This document shows positions 51,501 to 63,897 of a DNA stretch of 64,000 nucleotides, piece by piece. The stretch is from Balanoglossus misakiensis (Eukaryota > Animalia > Hemichordata): the NCBI GenBank assembly GCA_040954595.2, contig CM082596.2:7456468-7520467 (forward strand), in the 5' to 3' direction. How positions within the stretch are numbered: position 1 is the stretch's first letter; each line of letters starts with the position of its first letter. A model generated the notes under the pieces. The model was not told the DNA's origin and searched no databases. It saw only the letters and a list, made by a program, of their open reading frames with translations. A program made the position numbers and the translations under genes.

Positions 51501-54500
51501 ATGGCGTATTTGAGCGTTCTAAAGAACATATGGTGGCGCTCTTTTTTTCACGTGTGCCACCCACTAAAAATCTGGGATTGGCTAGATCTCAGTTTGCCAT
51601 GGTAACTATAGCTAATTTTCCATAGGTGACTGTATACCTTTAAAAGAAAGCATCCATATTGGTTAATTACAGGGGGCTCCATTACCCAGGACATCCGTAT
51701 ACTGCAGTACAGGTATGCCATAATATGCATGTAACAGTCAATTTGGCCTGCATCTTCACATGTCAGGTACATAGCAACTACACAGAAAACTCGTCTTCAT
51801 ATTCAATGCCTGGCTTTTGTCTAATCAGGTGCATTGTTGCAAACAGAGCTAACCTAATTAATTATTTATATAGCTTGGTTTAATTCACTCCCCTATGGAC
51901 AACAGAAAACAAATAAGAATCTTGTTTTGAGTTTTCATTGGGGAGGTTGACAAGCCAGGATGGCAGGGTTCATACACCTAGAGCAATTCAAAATTCCAGT
52001 AATTTTCCAGGAGTTTTTGAGGTAAAAATGCCATTTTCCAGGATGTTTTACCCAACAAAATTGTGCAACTTTACTATTACTGTTACACTCACATGCACTT
52101 GTTATTCTAGTTTAACAAATCATTTAAAGGCTTTTGACTGTGATAGTACACATTTCAATGGCCTCCCCATGAAGACCTAAGTAAAACAAATTTTCCCAAA
52201 TCATTTAGCATATTTGGCTAAAATTTAAGTGATCTCCGCCCCCCCCCCCCCCCCCCCCTCGGCCGTAAAAACTGAACAGTCTCTAAAGCAATGATTTCTG
52301 TCCTGATAAAATCGACAAATTAATGATGGAAATTACTGTTTTGCTGCTGAAAAAAACACACAAAAACAGCCTGCCTTTTTTGCTTCTTTTTGACATCACT
52401 AATTGCCCTTGAACATCGATCTCAGGGTGTCTGCCGCGGCCGTCTGTACAAGTATTCTGCAGACGCGCGGACACATGGCATGACCTCTAACATAAGTTGC
52501 TACATCTTTTGTCAAGTTTTAGATATTTTGTTGCAACCGGAACGCTGAGCTGCGTTAGTTGTTGCAATTTGTGCGTTACTATGTCAATGATACTATTTAT
52601 AGGACGTCTGTCTAAAGATAACTGGTACGCTGAGTGAAATGGGCAACGCGTACTGTTTCACGATCCGGTGAAATGCGATCGTGACTCGCGATTTTCCAGG
52701 AGTTTCAAGGAGAAATTTTGAATTTCCAGGAGATTTCAGGAGTTTCCAGGAGGGGTTTCAAATTCCAGGAGATTCCAGGAGTTTCCAGGAGCGTACGAAC
52801 CCTGGGATGGAAATTTCAATTTTTCTGTCTCGTAGATACAAAATTTCAGACTACGCATACCGATAGTTATAATACCCTTCAATTGTTCTCGTAGTGACAA
52901 GGTGTTCATTTCACATGGAAACCTACATAAACTCTCATTAAAAATTTACACCGTTTTTCAATTAACCGGAATCCGGACAAATCTCGAACTATTGAACTTC
53001 TAATACTAGGCAGAAAAAAAAACACAACAGCTAAATGCTAATTATGATTTGAATAATAATAGAGTGGGACAAGCAAGAGCCAGGATTGTTTTCCTTGGTG
53101 CATGGGGTCTTTCTCTTTTGTGCAGAATTCTGACAAGACTTGTTTGTGTTGATGATTTGAGTTGACTGTTGTGTCCCTATGTTGTGTGTGCTTACAGTAT
53201 TAGCAGCAATGACTACCTTAATCCAGTGTTTTCAGAAATGTACAATGATTATTGTAGATGCTGTGCAAACGGTCTTCCTAAAATGAAAATATGTATATTA
53301 CATTTTTCATACAGCAAGAAAGTTCATCAACAATTACATTATTTATGAGTTAAAATATTGTTTAATTTCCTCACTAATGTCGCATAACCTGATAAAAAAT
53401 TGACCGGTCATTGAAATTATTTTCCTGGTTAAAATGCTACAATTCCAGGAGAACAAGTTTTTTACTGACCAGTACATCCACTTTGATTAGGTATTCAAAA
53501 GTTCACAATTTCCAGCAGAAACAATTTATTGTTTGTTAATTTGACCAGCAGTATAGTAAACATTGGCAAGGTTATGACCTCTCGCGACCTCTATCATCCG
53601 AGAGTTAATACTTGATGTAAATGAAAGAAAATCAATGTACTGAAAATAAACTGTTTTATTAGACATTCATAATACGTCTGAACATGTAATTGTTCTACTC
53701 AATCTAAATTCACCTGTCATCTCCGTTTAATAGGGCAATTGGTATCATGTATACTAAGGATCTCCACTATTAGATAGCAAATTCTACCACAAACATATAT
53801 AGATATACTAGCATAAAACTTAGGATATGTCTGTCTGTCTGTCTGTCTATCCCTCTTTTTCTCCCCTTCCATTCCCATTGCTGTCAATATATCTGTCTAC
53901 CCATGTCTGAGTCCTTATGTCCATCCACTTACATATGTCTTTGTGTTTTCCCAAAATAACCCAAGTCATGCTCATCCCAATATGTGTCTGTACGGAACTC
54001 TCCAGCTCTGTTTAAACCTGAATATCTCATAAAACGCACCTATTAACCTAATATCATACTGTTACTATATGCTCCTAGCATTCGTACACTGCCATATTCC
54101 AATAAATTACCGGCCATCACACAATGCATGCCAAATAACACCTGCATTGATTTCAGTCACTTGGGTTGACACAGGGCTAATCCCAGAATCAACATTACCT
54201 AACCGTGTTTACTGGAGTGATATTCCAGGGCCTGCCAACACTAGAGTCCAACGATCAACTGATCAACTCCGTGAGAGGAAAGCCTGTGAGTTTTTGGAGC
54301 ACGACTGAAACAAGTACAAAACATGTAATGCCGACTGAATTTATTACCACCGAAAAGTGTTCTTACAACCTGTTGTACGCGTTTATGTACATATCACTAC
54401 ATGTAAATTCATTTCTTGAATTCTGCACATGGCTCAGTTGAGAGAAATTGAATTCAGTGATCAAATAAAATTGTATGGTCTACACTGTGCTTTAATTTTG

Positions 54501-55953
54501 AGTTCAACTTCATGAAATATTTGTGCCTACAGCAAAGTCATTCGTGAAAAAATACCGGCTCAAATATTTGTCTCACATAGTGGCTTTGCATTTCACAACC
54601 TAGCATAGAGACCAATTCATATTAGAAAAGTGCAAAATGATACTGTCAAAGTACAAGTAGTCTAGAATCTAGCCAGTTTTCTTCAAATGGGTTAAAACCT
54701 AGAAAACATCCCGCAAGATTCTGGTGACATAGGGAGATGCAACTTGTCTGTTAGTGTTATGTGTCCACACAAACAACCACTATGACACGTTCGTTTGACA
54801 ACAATGAATGAGACAGTCCCGTGACATACACATCTGTATGTATGCAGTTAACTGTCATGCATATGTACCTAAAGAATCCTCAAAACACACCAGAAGAATC
54901 TTTGTTGGCATCAACACAAAAACAGTAAAGGGGGAAGTCAAAAGATGGAAGGTATATAAAAAGCAATAGTACAATGGCTCTCCCTCTGGTAGACGAGTGC
55001 CCATGGTTTGGATAATAGAGGCCATGTGCTGTAGGCATACAAAATAATTCCGAAATGCATAGGGTTGGGCCAATCGCTGATTCAGAGCACGACATTCTCT
55101 CCACAGACACAAAGAACTTAGAAATGAAACCTTTTAACACAAACAGTGGACTATTGCTACGAATTTCGAATTTGTATTGTGGTACCGGTGATTTAAAATA
55201 TATAAACGAAACATTCCAGTCTGAGTGCAAATAGTTCTATAGCCTATAGAAACTGTATCGCACTGATGTAAATAATAAAAGTCCGGTGCAAGGTACGTTG
55301 ACTTTGACAGACTCTGGACCGACATTTGGCATAAATTTTTTTGTAGTAATTAACACCTGCTGTATTCTCAGTTTGATACTAGTAATCAAAGATAACAATT
55401 TATTTCCTAATAACAGGGCTGAAACAACAATACGTTATTTTCTTGGTTGCCAGTGAAATCACAGACTCTCAAGAAATTAACACATTATGGTTGAAAACCA
55501 CCATCCCTCAGTACACTGTCAAGTTTAGTATAGTTTAAAGGTATACAGTCACCTATGCAAATTTAGCTATAGTTGCCATGGCGAACTAAGATATAGCCAA
55601 TCCCAGATTTTCAGTGGGTGGCACACACGAGAAAAAGAGTGCCACCATATGTTCTTTAGAACACTCAAATACACTTTAGCCATATATGGGTGTATGCAAT
55701 TTGGTGGTGACTGTATACCTTTAATCAACACTTCTAGACTTCTCCCCCGGATGACAAGATTCTATAAAACAACATTATGTACTCACTTTGGTCTCTGCCT
55801 GCCTGCTGATTGTGTGTGCTTCTTTCTGTGCATGTTGGCCAGTCCGCTCATCTTGTACTTGTTGGCTTCCATTTTGTCCCTGTTGGTCATTTCGCCGCCA
55901 AGGGACAGCGTCGACCGCGGCTGATTGACACTGGGCATGTTGAAGTTGCTCAT
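33527..55953 (-). CDS. FLACC1: Flagellum-associated coiled-coil domain protein 1-like (ALS2CR12 homologue), 12 exons, ~567 aa
   Basis: Exons 55787-55953, 48144-48333, 43075-43199, 42210-42227, 38446-38539, 37968-38127, 37341-37493, 36644-36747, 36075-36236, 35239-35348, 34660-34759, 33527-33847; GT-AG and phase-consistent (1704 nt). Motifs LAPGMTMSKSKSRVAVTI, LQQQISDLSLYLEEERLNH, EVEFLQGAFEAYKGNIAQEMDEKW and DDKYKQRMHNLMGENTDLR resemble, from memory and in the same order, human FLACC1 motifs (VSPGYQLVRNREQISVTL, LEEQISEL, YQDSIYDEMEEKW, EEKYKHTIQILTEENIHLK). The first exon is less certain than the rest. Confidence 0.8.
35036..35214 (-). mobile_element. MITE family A, diverged old copy
   Basis: GTATATGGTCACCTATG...TAGCCAATCACAGATT...GGGCATATGTAAATTAGAGGTGATTGTG resembles an inverted family A copy with many substitutions. 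Confidence 0.6.
35557..35977. mobile_element. TTAA-flanked non-autonomous element (Kolobok-like)
   Basis: TTAA-GGATGTACG...CGTACATCC-TTAA; internal inverted repeat AATAAAATATAGGGGTCACCGCGC / GCGCGGTGACCCCTATATTTTATT. Confidence 0.75.
37104..37317. mobile_element. MITE family B-related copy
   Basis: TA-CTGTAAAATGGGTTATTTTC...GAAAATAACCCGTTTTACAG-TA; internal similarity to 4547-4757. Confidence 0.75.
37765..37944. mobile_element. MITE family C copy
   Basis: TA-CAATCAAACCTGTGTTAGTGGCCAC...AGGAAAGTCCCTTGACTGGCC...ACAGGTTCGAATG-TA, shared with 3420-3520. Confidence 0.7.
38205..38325. mobile_element. MITE family B, partial copy
   Basis: TACTGTAAAACACTTTATTTTTG...GGCCACTGTTTTCGCGAGTATTAATTTTCGC; right TIR missing. 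Confidence 0.65.
42400..42539. mobile_element. Short TTAA-flanked MITE
   Basis: TTAA-AGGGACGAAGTCTCTCTCTC...GAGAGAGAGACTTTGTCCCT-TTAA. Confidence 0.7.
45444..45636 (+). mobile_element. MITE family A copy
   Basis: TTAA flanks, TIRs and family internal sequence. Confidence 0.85.
51451..51643 (+). mobile_element. MITE family A copy
   Basis: TTAA flanks, TIRs and family internal sequence. Confidence 0.85.
51958..52810. mobile_element. Non-autonomous hAT-like element (~840 bp) with a 6-bp TSD
   Basis: GGATGG-CAGGGTTCATAC...GTACGAACCCTG-GGATGG; subterminal TTCCAGGA repeats at both ends; no transposase ORF. Confidence 0.75.
55535..55724 (-). mobile_element. MITE family A copy (inverted), 62 nt from the FLACC1-like exon 1 donor
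   Basis: TTAA-AGGTATACAGTCACC...GGTGACTGTATACCT-TTAA, perfect 15-bp TIR. Confidence 0.85.
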
Positions 55954-56471
55954 TTTTGAAAAGATTGTCACTTCAGATGATTCAAAATCGCATCAAAACT
56001 GCCTTTTTTTTGACGCACTCAAAGTTGACACAGTCTCGTTCTCTATGTCCGCCGCCACAAAGCCCGCACTTGCCGAGAATACCGACGTCTTTTGGCAAAT
56101 ATTTTCTCTTCTTTGGCACGACTTGTTACACCAACAAAACGCAGTTTCGGAGATCAAAGGCTTCAAGCTCCCCCTCTTTGTCTCGGCGATTCCCAGTAAA
56201 TGTACTCGCGTTGGCTTCTATTTTTAACAAGGTACACAATCTCCACTCAGAGGTCTTTCAAAGGCAACCGCCAAGTCAAACGGATCCAACAAAAAGCTCC
56301 CGAAAAAAAAAACACGCGATCCTGCGCGCCTCCCTACTTGTTGAAACCATAAAAAGATTTTTTTCTTCAAAAAAACCAACTGTCCTTTAATCAGCTTCTA
56401 CACACAGTTACCAATCAGTGAATTCCATACTTCTGTTCCCTTGCTCAGCAGCTCTCAGTGTCAACAAGATG

Positions 56472-56536
56472 GTTTCCATGGCAACAAATCTCATACACGG
56501 CTTGCTGACGAGATCCCTAGAAAAGTTTGGTAAACA
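56472..56536. promoter_or_regulatory. RFX X-box (GTTTCCATGGCAAC) plus forkhead motif (GTAAACA) upstream of the FLACC1-like gene
   Basis: 14-bp X-box at 56472-56485 and GTAAACA at 56530-56536, ~520-580 nt upstream of the predicted ATG (55953). RFX and FOXJ1 are established regulators of motile-cilia genes. Confidence 0.65.
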
Positions 56537-57937
56537 ACAAACATCGTTAGCTGATTGTGAAAGTCAAGAACCTCTTGAAAGTGACTTTCCAATTATACAA
56601 ATAAAAAAAAAACCCAAAGGCTTTCCCCTGAAAAAAAGGAAAAAAAATGCTTGCAACCAAAGTGAGTGATTTGACAAAACACACATTATACCCTAGGTTT
56701 TCAACATTTAAAACTACGTGAAATGAAACATAAACAAGCTGCAAATTTAACAATGTTCTTTTAAGGCTTTTTGAAGATTATTATTATGAAAGATATAAAT
56801 TCTACATTTGTACGTAATCTTTCTTTTTTTTTCATTTTAATCACCGCCAAAAAAAGAAAGAAACTGTGTTAGAACTTAAAATTTGCATTCATGATTTAAA
56901 CTACCCATCACAAACTGAGAATATCACAGTGTCCCATAAACAAAACACAACACATTTTAGATACACTGTATTATAATATCACAATTACATTCCTTTCTGT
57001 GCAGATATTTAGCCAGTTAGAATAGCAATCCATCCGTAAACCATGGATTCATGAATCGAACTATTTTACACAGTGGAAAAAATCATCCAGTTATCTTTGA
57101 CCAAATGCAAAGCTGTGCATTGATGAATTGCAAATAAAAATCAAACACTGTCTAATCATGACATGAATGCGATGTACACACAAAGCGGCGAAAAGAGCCA
57201 CAAAATCGACCGAATACAAATATTTGATACAAACCAAATAAAAGAAATAAACCCCCTGGGGAATTCAGCTTCTTCTAATCACCAAAATGGAGGAATGATG
57301 CCAAATCTAATTTGGATAAAATTCCACGCATTTCCTGCCATTTGCAAAGAGCACTTTAATGAATCACATGACACACATGTTGCCATGGTGATGGATGCAA
57401 CTCCACCAATGAGCTGAGCCTGTCTATTTCCTGCTCTATGTCTGTCAATCAACAAACCTTTTAAACAGGCAATATCATTAATAAGCTTTTCACTTTTTAA
57501 AAAGAAAATACACCTGTCTATTTCTACAGCTACTCATTTCAAAGCTAGGTGACTGCAGTTCACGATTTTATACAACTTTATAAAATGGAATTATTAAATA
57601 TTATCTGTCAAGAACTATCACTGACCACTAAATATCTCTGAAGAGAACATGCCATGATTGTAATTCATAACATACATTGTATATATTTCTTTATACTAAT
57701 TTTGTATACTTGTACAGTTTTAAAGCAACAGTAAGACTCTGGCACAGATCTCCAAGAACCTTCGCCAATTTCAGTATCTCGCAGGTCTAGACCTAAATCT
57801 CTCTGTTATCTATTGATTTCACTGATGTCTGTACCAGATAATCTGAAAAACTTTAATTTTATGTGCTGTGAAACAATTATTAACTAAAAATAAAATTCAT
57901 TAACATTGGCTTTAGAGCAGACGGCGAAACTTCACAA

Positions 57938-58216
57938 ACAGACTGGCATCAGTATGAATAAGTTGTTTTTAATTAACTAGATTTCTTACAATCATGGTAT
58001 TAATGGTTGCCATAGCGATGAATGAAACATAATTCTCCATAGAATTTTAATTTACTTTACAAAACATTGTGATAGATGTATTTACACACGGCAACTCAAC
58101 AACGTGATCAACTAACCACAGACTGGCATCAGTATGAATCAGTTTTTTTAATTAACTAGATTTCTTACAATCATGGTATTAATGGTTGCCATAGCAATGA
58201 ACCAAACATAATTCTC
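57938..58216. repeat. Local direct duplication (~100 bp x 2)
   Basis: 57938-~58038 and 58118-58216 both read ACAGACTGGCATCAGTATGAAT...GGTTGCCATAGC(G/A)ATGAA...ACATAATTCT. Confidence 0.85.
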
Positions 58217-58526
58217 TCCAGAACCGAAGGGATTTCAAACAACAAAACTGCCTTTCATATAACTTGCAAGTTATGTTGCTGCTGGTTTCTGCTCAATGCA
58301 AGAGATCATAATGTCCTTAGAGACGACAGAATGGACAACATTACAGAATTGCTGTTGACCGAAATACAGAATGCTATTGCATAAGATAACTGTCAATGGA
58401 GCCTGATAACAACCTTTGAACAACTGAGTAGGTGTCGAGATTATAACTGTCTCACACACAAGCACTGCCTGAAGTTGGACGTGTTGTGTATATAATCATG
58501 GACGTATATAATCTACAAAGTAGTAC

Positions 58527-58653
58527 TACTGTAAAACACTTTATTTTCGCGAATTGAAATTTTCGCGATATCGAGAGAGGCCACTGTTTGGCGAGTATTA
58601 ATTTTCGCATCCTCTTATTTCATTCACTCGCGAAAATAAAGTGTTTTACTGTA
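58527..58653. mobile_element. MITE family B, internally deleted copy
   Basis: TACTGTAAAACACTTTATTTTCGCGA...TCGCGAAAATAAAGTGTTTTACTGTA. Confidence 0.75.
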
Positions 58654-61600
58654 TACACAATGTGCCATAATTCAGCAATGCCTATGGTTTTACATACACA
58701 ATATAAATATTTCCTTTCGTACCGAATGAACTCTCAACAATATATTTAAATTGAAATTTCAATCACATTTCATTATAATATGCTACATCTATATCTAAAA
58801 CTGATATGACTTTTGGCATAATCATAATAAAAGATACACATATGTACAGTTACCATGATTTAAGTTATGCAAATGGACTACTGCACACTTCTCATTGGTT
58901 GAGATGAAACCTTGAAACAGACCAATCCCAGTTTTAACATTCCAATCAAGCCACTCAGTGGAGTGTGTGCTCAATTACCACATCAACTGAACTTAATTAC
59001 CAGAAGCTAATCGCTCATATCCTTTCACAAAAAGTTCTCTCTGTAATTAAAACTGAAAACTTAGAACGAAATTGGTTATTGGGTAACGCTACTGTATGTC
59101 TGCACCGATAGACATACAGGCCAACGTAATGATGTGGAAAGCATTTTTGTATAAATTTACCACTTTTGCTATTTGTCTGGTGTGTGTGTTTTTGTTTTTC
59201 TTTGGCGGTGCAAATGATGAAAAATTTGTCTAAATCATGTTACTGAAGTTTTTATATTTTCATTGTCATTCAAAAGTCCTTGCAAGGTTTGGAGGCCAAA
59301 ATTCTCATGAGAGATTCTATATCACTGGAGTTTCAAACTAAAGCACCCTGCCAACTGAACTTCACCCCAAAAAAAGCAATGGCGCGGAACGCACAACCAC
59401 AAAAGCCAAAGTCTGGCTACTGAACTATAAACACGCATATAAACTTTAATTGTTAACAAAACACGACAAACATGGCTGTTGACACTGTTGTTTACGTGTC
59501 TTGACACCTGAACTTTATGTGAACTATTCAATCACATACCCCTTAGTTGAGAAACAATAGATTGGTCTCTGCCTGTTTGTTTTTGACACTGCTATATGCA
59601 GAACTGACTATATACAATTGACTTAATTAATCACTGTTCTCCTAATCTTTCAATAAAGGAGCTGCAGTTTAATTGTCCCGCTCAACACACAAAATAATGA
59701 AAGGCTGAACATAATAAATATGAGATTTCAGCCTCACTTATCTTCCTGTAAAGCAATGTTGTTTATTAGTATTCCAAAAGATCAAAGGCACTGTTTGGCC
59801 TCAGCTGATTGTATAACTATAAGTAGCATTGCATATTATACTTCTCTCAACATAAAACATTGACCTACAAGTACATGTATTGTAGGGTTTCAACTTATGG
59901 ACCACCATGTTCAAGTTGTTTGCCAAGCAGGACACCGTGGGTCAATGTTTTGCTAACCACAATAGCTGCAGTTCAGTAGCTCGATTTTGCCTGGTTTGGG
60001 TGTTGTACGAACGGCAAGGCGCAGGCAAGAAAAAATCGTTTCCTTTTCAAGAAGAGTGCAGTGTGTCACCGCGCCCATGTAGCGCCTGAGGCACACGGAG
60101 ATCCATTTCTGCAACTAACAACCAGGCAACCGGTCCACCACCCGTTACCAACACCAGTCGCCTCGCGCGCGCGCAAAGGCGGTACACCGTTTTAGAATCC
60201 TAATAAAAACCTTGTGCTCCCCAAGGACCCAAATCCCACGAACTAAGGTGTGTTTACAACCGCGTAATTAGGATGATCTTTTAAAAGAATTTTGCCAAGT
60301 CGTTTGTTGAAAATTACACATTACGTAAGGTACATACACGATGATGACAGTAAGTACCACCAGTCCATTTAGACAAGAGACGAAGAACCAGTTGTATTTA
60401 TATTGAGAATCCAGCGCCCTGTACATGATGTACCGGAGTAATAATTTGGCTTCCTTGTATAAATGTCATGTAAAGCGCCGTGTGTAGACGCGTGTGAAAC
60501 ATTACAAGATGGTATCTGAAATCGACATACATGTCCACGGCTTACTACAGGTGATCGATATAAGGCAAACGCTTGTCGCGATCTTTACCGTGTCTGGTGA
60601 CACTGTGCACCGTTGCAGTCGCCGTCGAGCGTCGTCTGGTCAAAATACAGTGGGGTGCGATCGACTACGAGCTCACTTGATATACTCACCATTCAGTGAA
60701 GTCAACTATATTCCACCCACCGGCTTCATAATGATACCTGTTTCCCAAGTAATAAATGATCTCTGATCGACGTTTCTTGGCTTCTCTACGCTCCGATCAC
60801 CTTTACATTGTAACATAAACAGTGCCATCCACTGCAGGCAGTGCAGCTGATCAGCGCCGCCAGTTTGAAATTGGTAAAGGACGCATGCGTTACGTTGCTT
60901 GGCAACATCGTTAAACACTAAACATACACCATGTACTACGATATTAACAAATTCATGAAATTCGGCGTTATGTGCAATATATGACAATATGCATATGACG
61001 CAAACGTGTCTTTACTTTTTGTGTAGAATCTCATTACAGTAATCCTTATAAGTTTTGTTCAAGTCGCCATGCCAGCCAGCCAGACAGGCGCGTTTCTATC
61101 AACAAAGGTATTTTTGCTTTACGTCGCTGGTGGCGTCATCAGTCTAGTCACGTATCACTTCAGTGTGGAATAGATCTATGGACGGACCGATATAATCGGC
61201 GGAAATGTTCACGTTCATAGGCACGTCCTTTTGTATTAAAATTACAAAAATATGGCCTCTGAAATGTATTTATTTATTTATTTATTTTAATGAGCAGCCG
61301 AAAGTTTACAGAAGTTTTATCGGTTGGACTAGGGGGCTCAATCAAATGACGTCATTTTTGTGTCGTCTGCTGTTTAAAAAATTGAAGTTTTTGTTATTCG
61401 TCGCCTGGAATATACGGATAAACAACTATGACGGTCTGTTTTGTGTGTAACTTTCTTGGATAACCATATACCGAGGAAAACCAGGAATTAGGTGGAATAT
61501 CCCTGGAATATGGATGTGTGCTTTCCCAAATTTCGGAAATATCCCACGTTTACAGAAGATATTGTGTGCGAATGGAAAGTGTGTTCTAGACAATTTGTCT

Positions 61601-63090
61601 CGGAAATATACGCCCATAACAAAATTCAAGCGGAATGTTCGTCAACTAAACTATTGGTTCTTGTGGACCCGAAACAAGCCCACTTCACTGCACGAGTAAG
61701 TACTTATACTACTACTAACTATGTACTAGACTCGGATAATACATGCGTTTCACTTTTCCCATAACTTGACCACAAACTTAGAATATTTCATCGTCCGCTC
61801 GCACTGGTCGTTTGCTCGACCATAGTCTCCACCGTGGCGGGCGAAGATCTGTATATTGGGAAGTTGAAGCTCATTCCTAGATTAGTATGACAATATTGAA
61901 AAAGGTCTCAGTTGACTCTCCGTGGCATAAATTTGCAATGTATCTGCAACGGACACACTGAAACTTATTTTGAAGACACTGATATAGTGAAGCTAAAAGG
62001 GCCCATGACGTTGCAACGTTGGTCTGATTTTAGAGCTGTGTCAACTGACCAGAAATATTTCTGGTGGTACACGCATTTATACTGGTTAACTCTAGTATCA
62101 CGGCCACACGTCACGTTCGCTATTGTCACAAAATTTATCAGTTCTGGAATTTTTATTTTGTTGACGTTGTCTGTTGCTCTTTCGGGACGCCAGCGAACGA
62201 TACCTGAAATGTAATGTAATGTACAAGTACGTCGTGCAGAAGTGCGCCCTCTTGAGTACAAATGAAAAATATATTGCAAGCGCGTGCGCGTCAGGTCGCA
62301 TTGGTTTTATTCAACGGGTAACGCATCGTGTGTACTTAGTCATCATGTTGTTGCTACCAACTTGATAATGATAGCTAATTTTAGCTAGCAAGAAAAAAAC
62401 ACGAAATTCGAGCCCTGTCTTTTTTACCTTGAACATGTTGAAGGCTGCTGTCACTGTAGCAAGCCCGACAGTAACCTAACTATAACACCTGGCGAAATCA
62501 GGTGTAATTGTCTGAAATAATAGAGAGGTTTAGTTACACGTAAATACGCGTACGTCTGACGGCAGGCAGTGGCGTTCGCGTATGCGTAGCGACGCGTGAA
62601 TTTTGCGGTTTAGTGGTCCGTTTTGAATAACAAAAATATTTAAAAACAATAGAAAATTCAAATATTTATCACTTCAATAAATTTTGTGTGTGATGAATAT
62701 TCTCTAAGATCACCACCCTTGCAATAAGTTTCTTGACTGCAGTGGAAAGATAGTTTAGTGAAGTTTTTCGATGTCTTTGTCGAGGCGTCCACTGAAAACG
62801 TAGTTTGGGAATACATTTTTGTGTTTATGTTTTGAAAACACCAAATAGCGCCGGTTTTAGCACATATGGCAGATTTTTTTAGATAACATGGATGCTGGCT
62901 ACATCACAATTGCACTGCAGAGATCAATCGCTCAAATTAAAGAGAGAATATCGAGAAATTCCGAAAAAATGTTACACGTAATCATGATTACGCGTAGAAG
63001 CGTCGCTTGCCGTTCCGAACGTCTGTTCTACGCGTACGCGACCTCTGCTTATCACGTGACAATGACGCTACGCGTACTGATCGAACGTAT

Positions 63091-63897
63091 TTAGGCTGCA
63101 TTCACAAACACCTCTGGAGGGGGGGGCGGGAGAATTCAATTTTTTTTACCGCTAATTTTCACATGCCCCCCTTCCAAACTGCCAATATTTTCAAATCCCC
63201 CCCTTTCGAACTGCCAAAATTTTGAAATCCCCCCCCATTTTCTTTCACAGAGCAAAACACATCACCTATCTATCTTGTAAAAAGAAAAACAGCACTCCCA
63301 TGAAAAGAATTTGAAACTGATTTTTCCCCTCATCAGTGGGTATTAAAACTGAACATTGTTTTTATTTTTTAAGTACATATATTTGTATTCTGTGTTGGGA
63401 GACATTGTAAACCGATAATTGAAGGGGGTGGGTTTGGGAGGGGGTGTCCCCCTCCCACGTAAGAAAATTTTCTAAAATACAGAGCTCAAAGCTGCATTTT
63501 AATGAACCCGGCTAAAGCAAATTAACTCAACTACCGGTATGTTGGGGAGGACAAATTTAACCGTCGCCGCTCAAAGTTATCATGGGGTGGGGGCAAGTCC
63601 CCTGACCTGGGACACTAGATAAACCAGTCAATGATTGAAAGGTGTTGATGAATGGAGGGGGTGGGTGTGGGAGGGGGTGTCCCCCTCCCACATTAGAAAA
63701 TTTTGTAAAATAAAGGGCGCGAAACTGCATTTTTGTGGACTCAAAATAAATATTTAGTCGTTAAAGTTTTCAAGTCCCCCCCTTTCAGTCCCTAAATTAT
63801 TTCAAATCCCCCCCCTTACATACCCTTAATTTTTTCAAATCCCCCCCCCTCAATTCTCCCGCCCCCCCCTCCAGAGGTGTTTGTGAATGCAGCCTAA
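63091..63897. mobile_element. Non-autonomous DNA transposon with ~43-bp TIRs (PIF/Harbinger-like or TA-targeting)
   Basis: TTA-GGCTGCATTCACAAACACCTCTGGAGGGGGGGCGGGAGAATT...AATTCTCCCGCCCCCCCTCCAGAGGTGTTTGTGAATGCAGCC-TAA; internal direct repeat GGGGGTGGGT..GGGAGGGGGTGTCCCCCTCCCAC at ~63424 and ~63657. Confidence 0.8.

Noticed and set aside
60690-60800. Minus-strand frame KKRRSEIIYYLGNRYHYEAGGWNIVDFTE ending at a GTGAGT donor; also ATG|gtgagt near 63951
   Set aside because: Weak acceptor, in-frame stops just upstream, no recognisable homology; at most untranslated or alternative exons.
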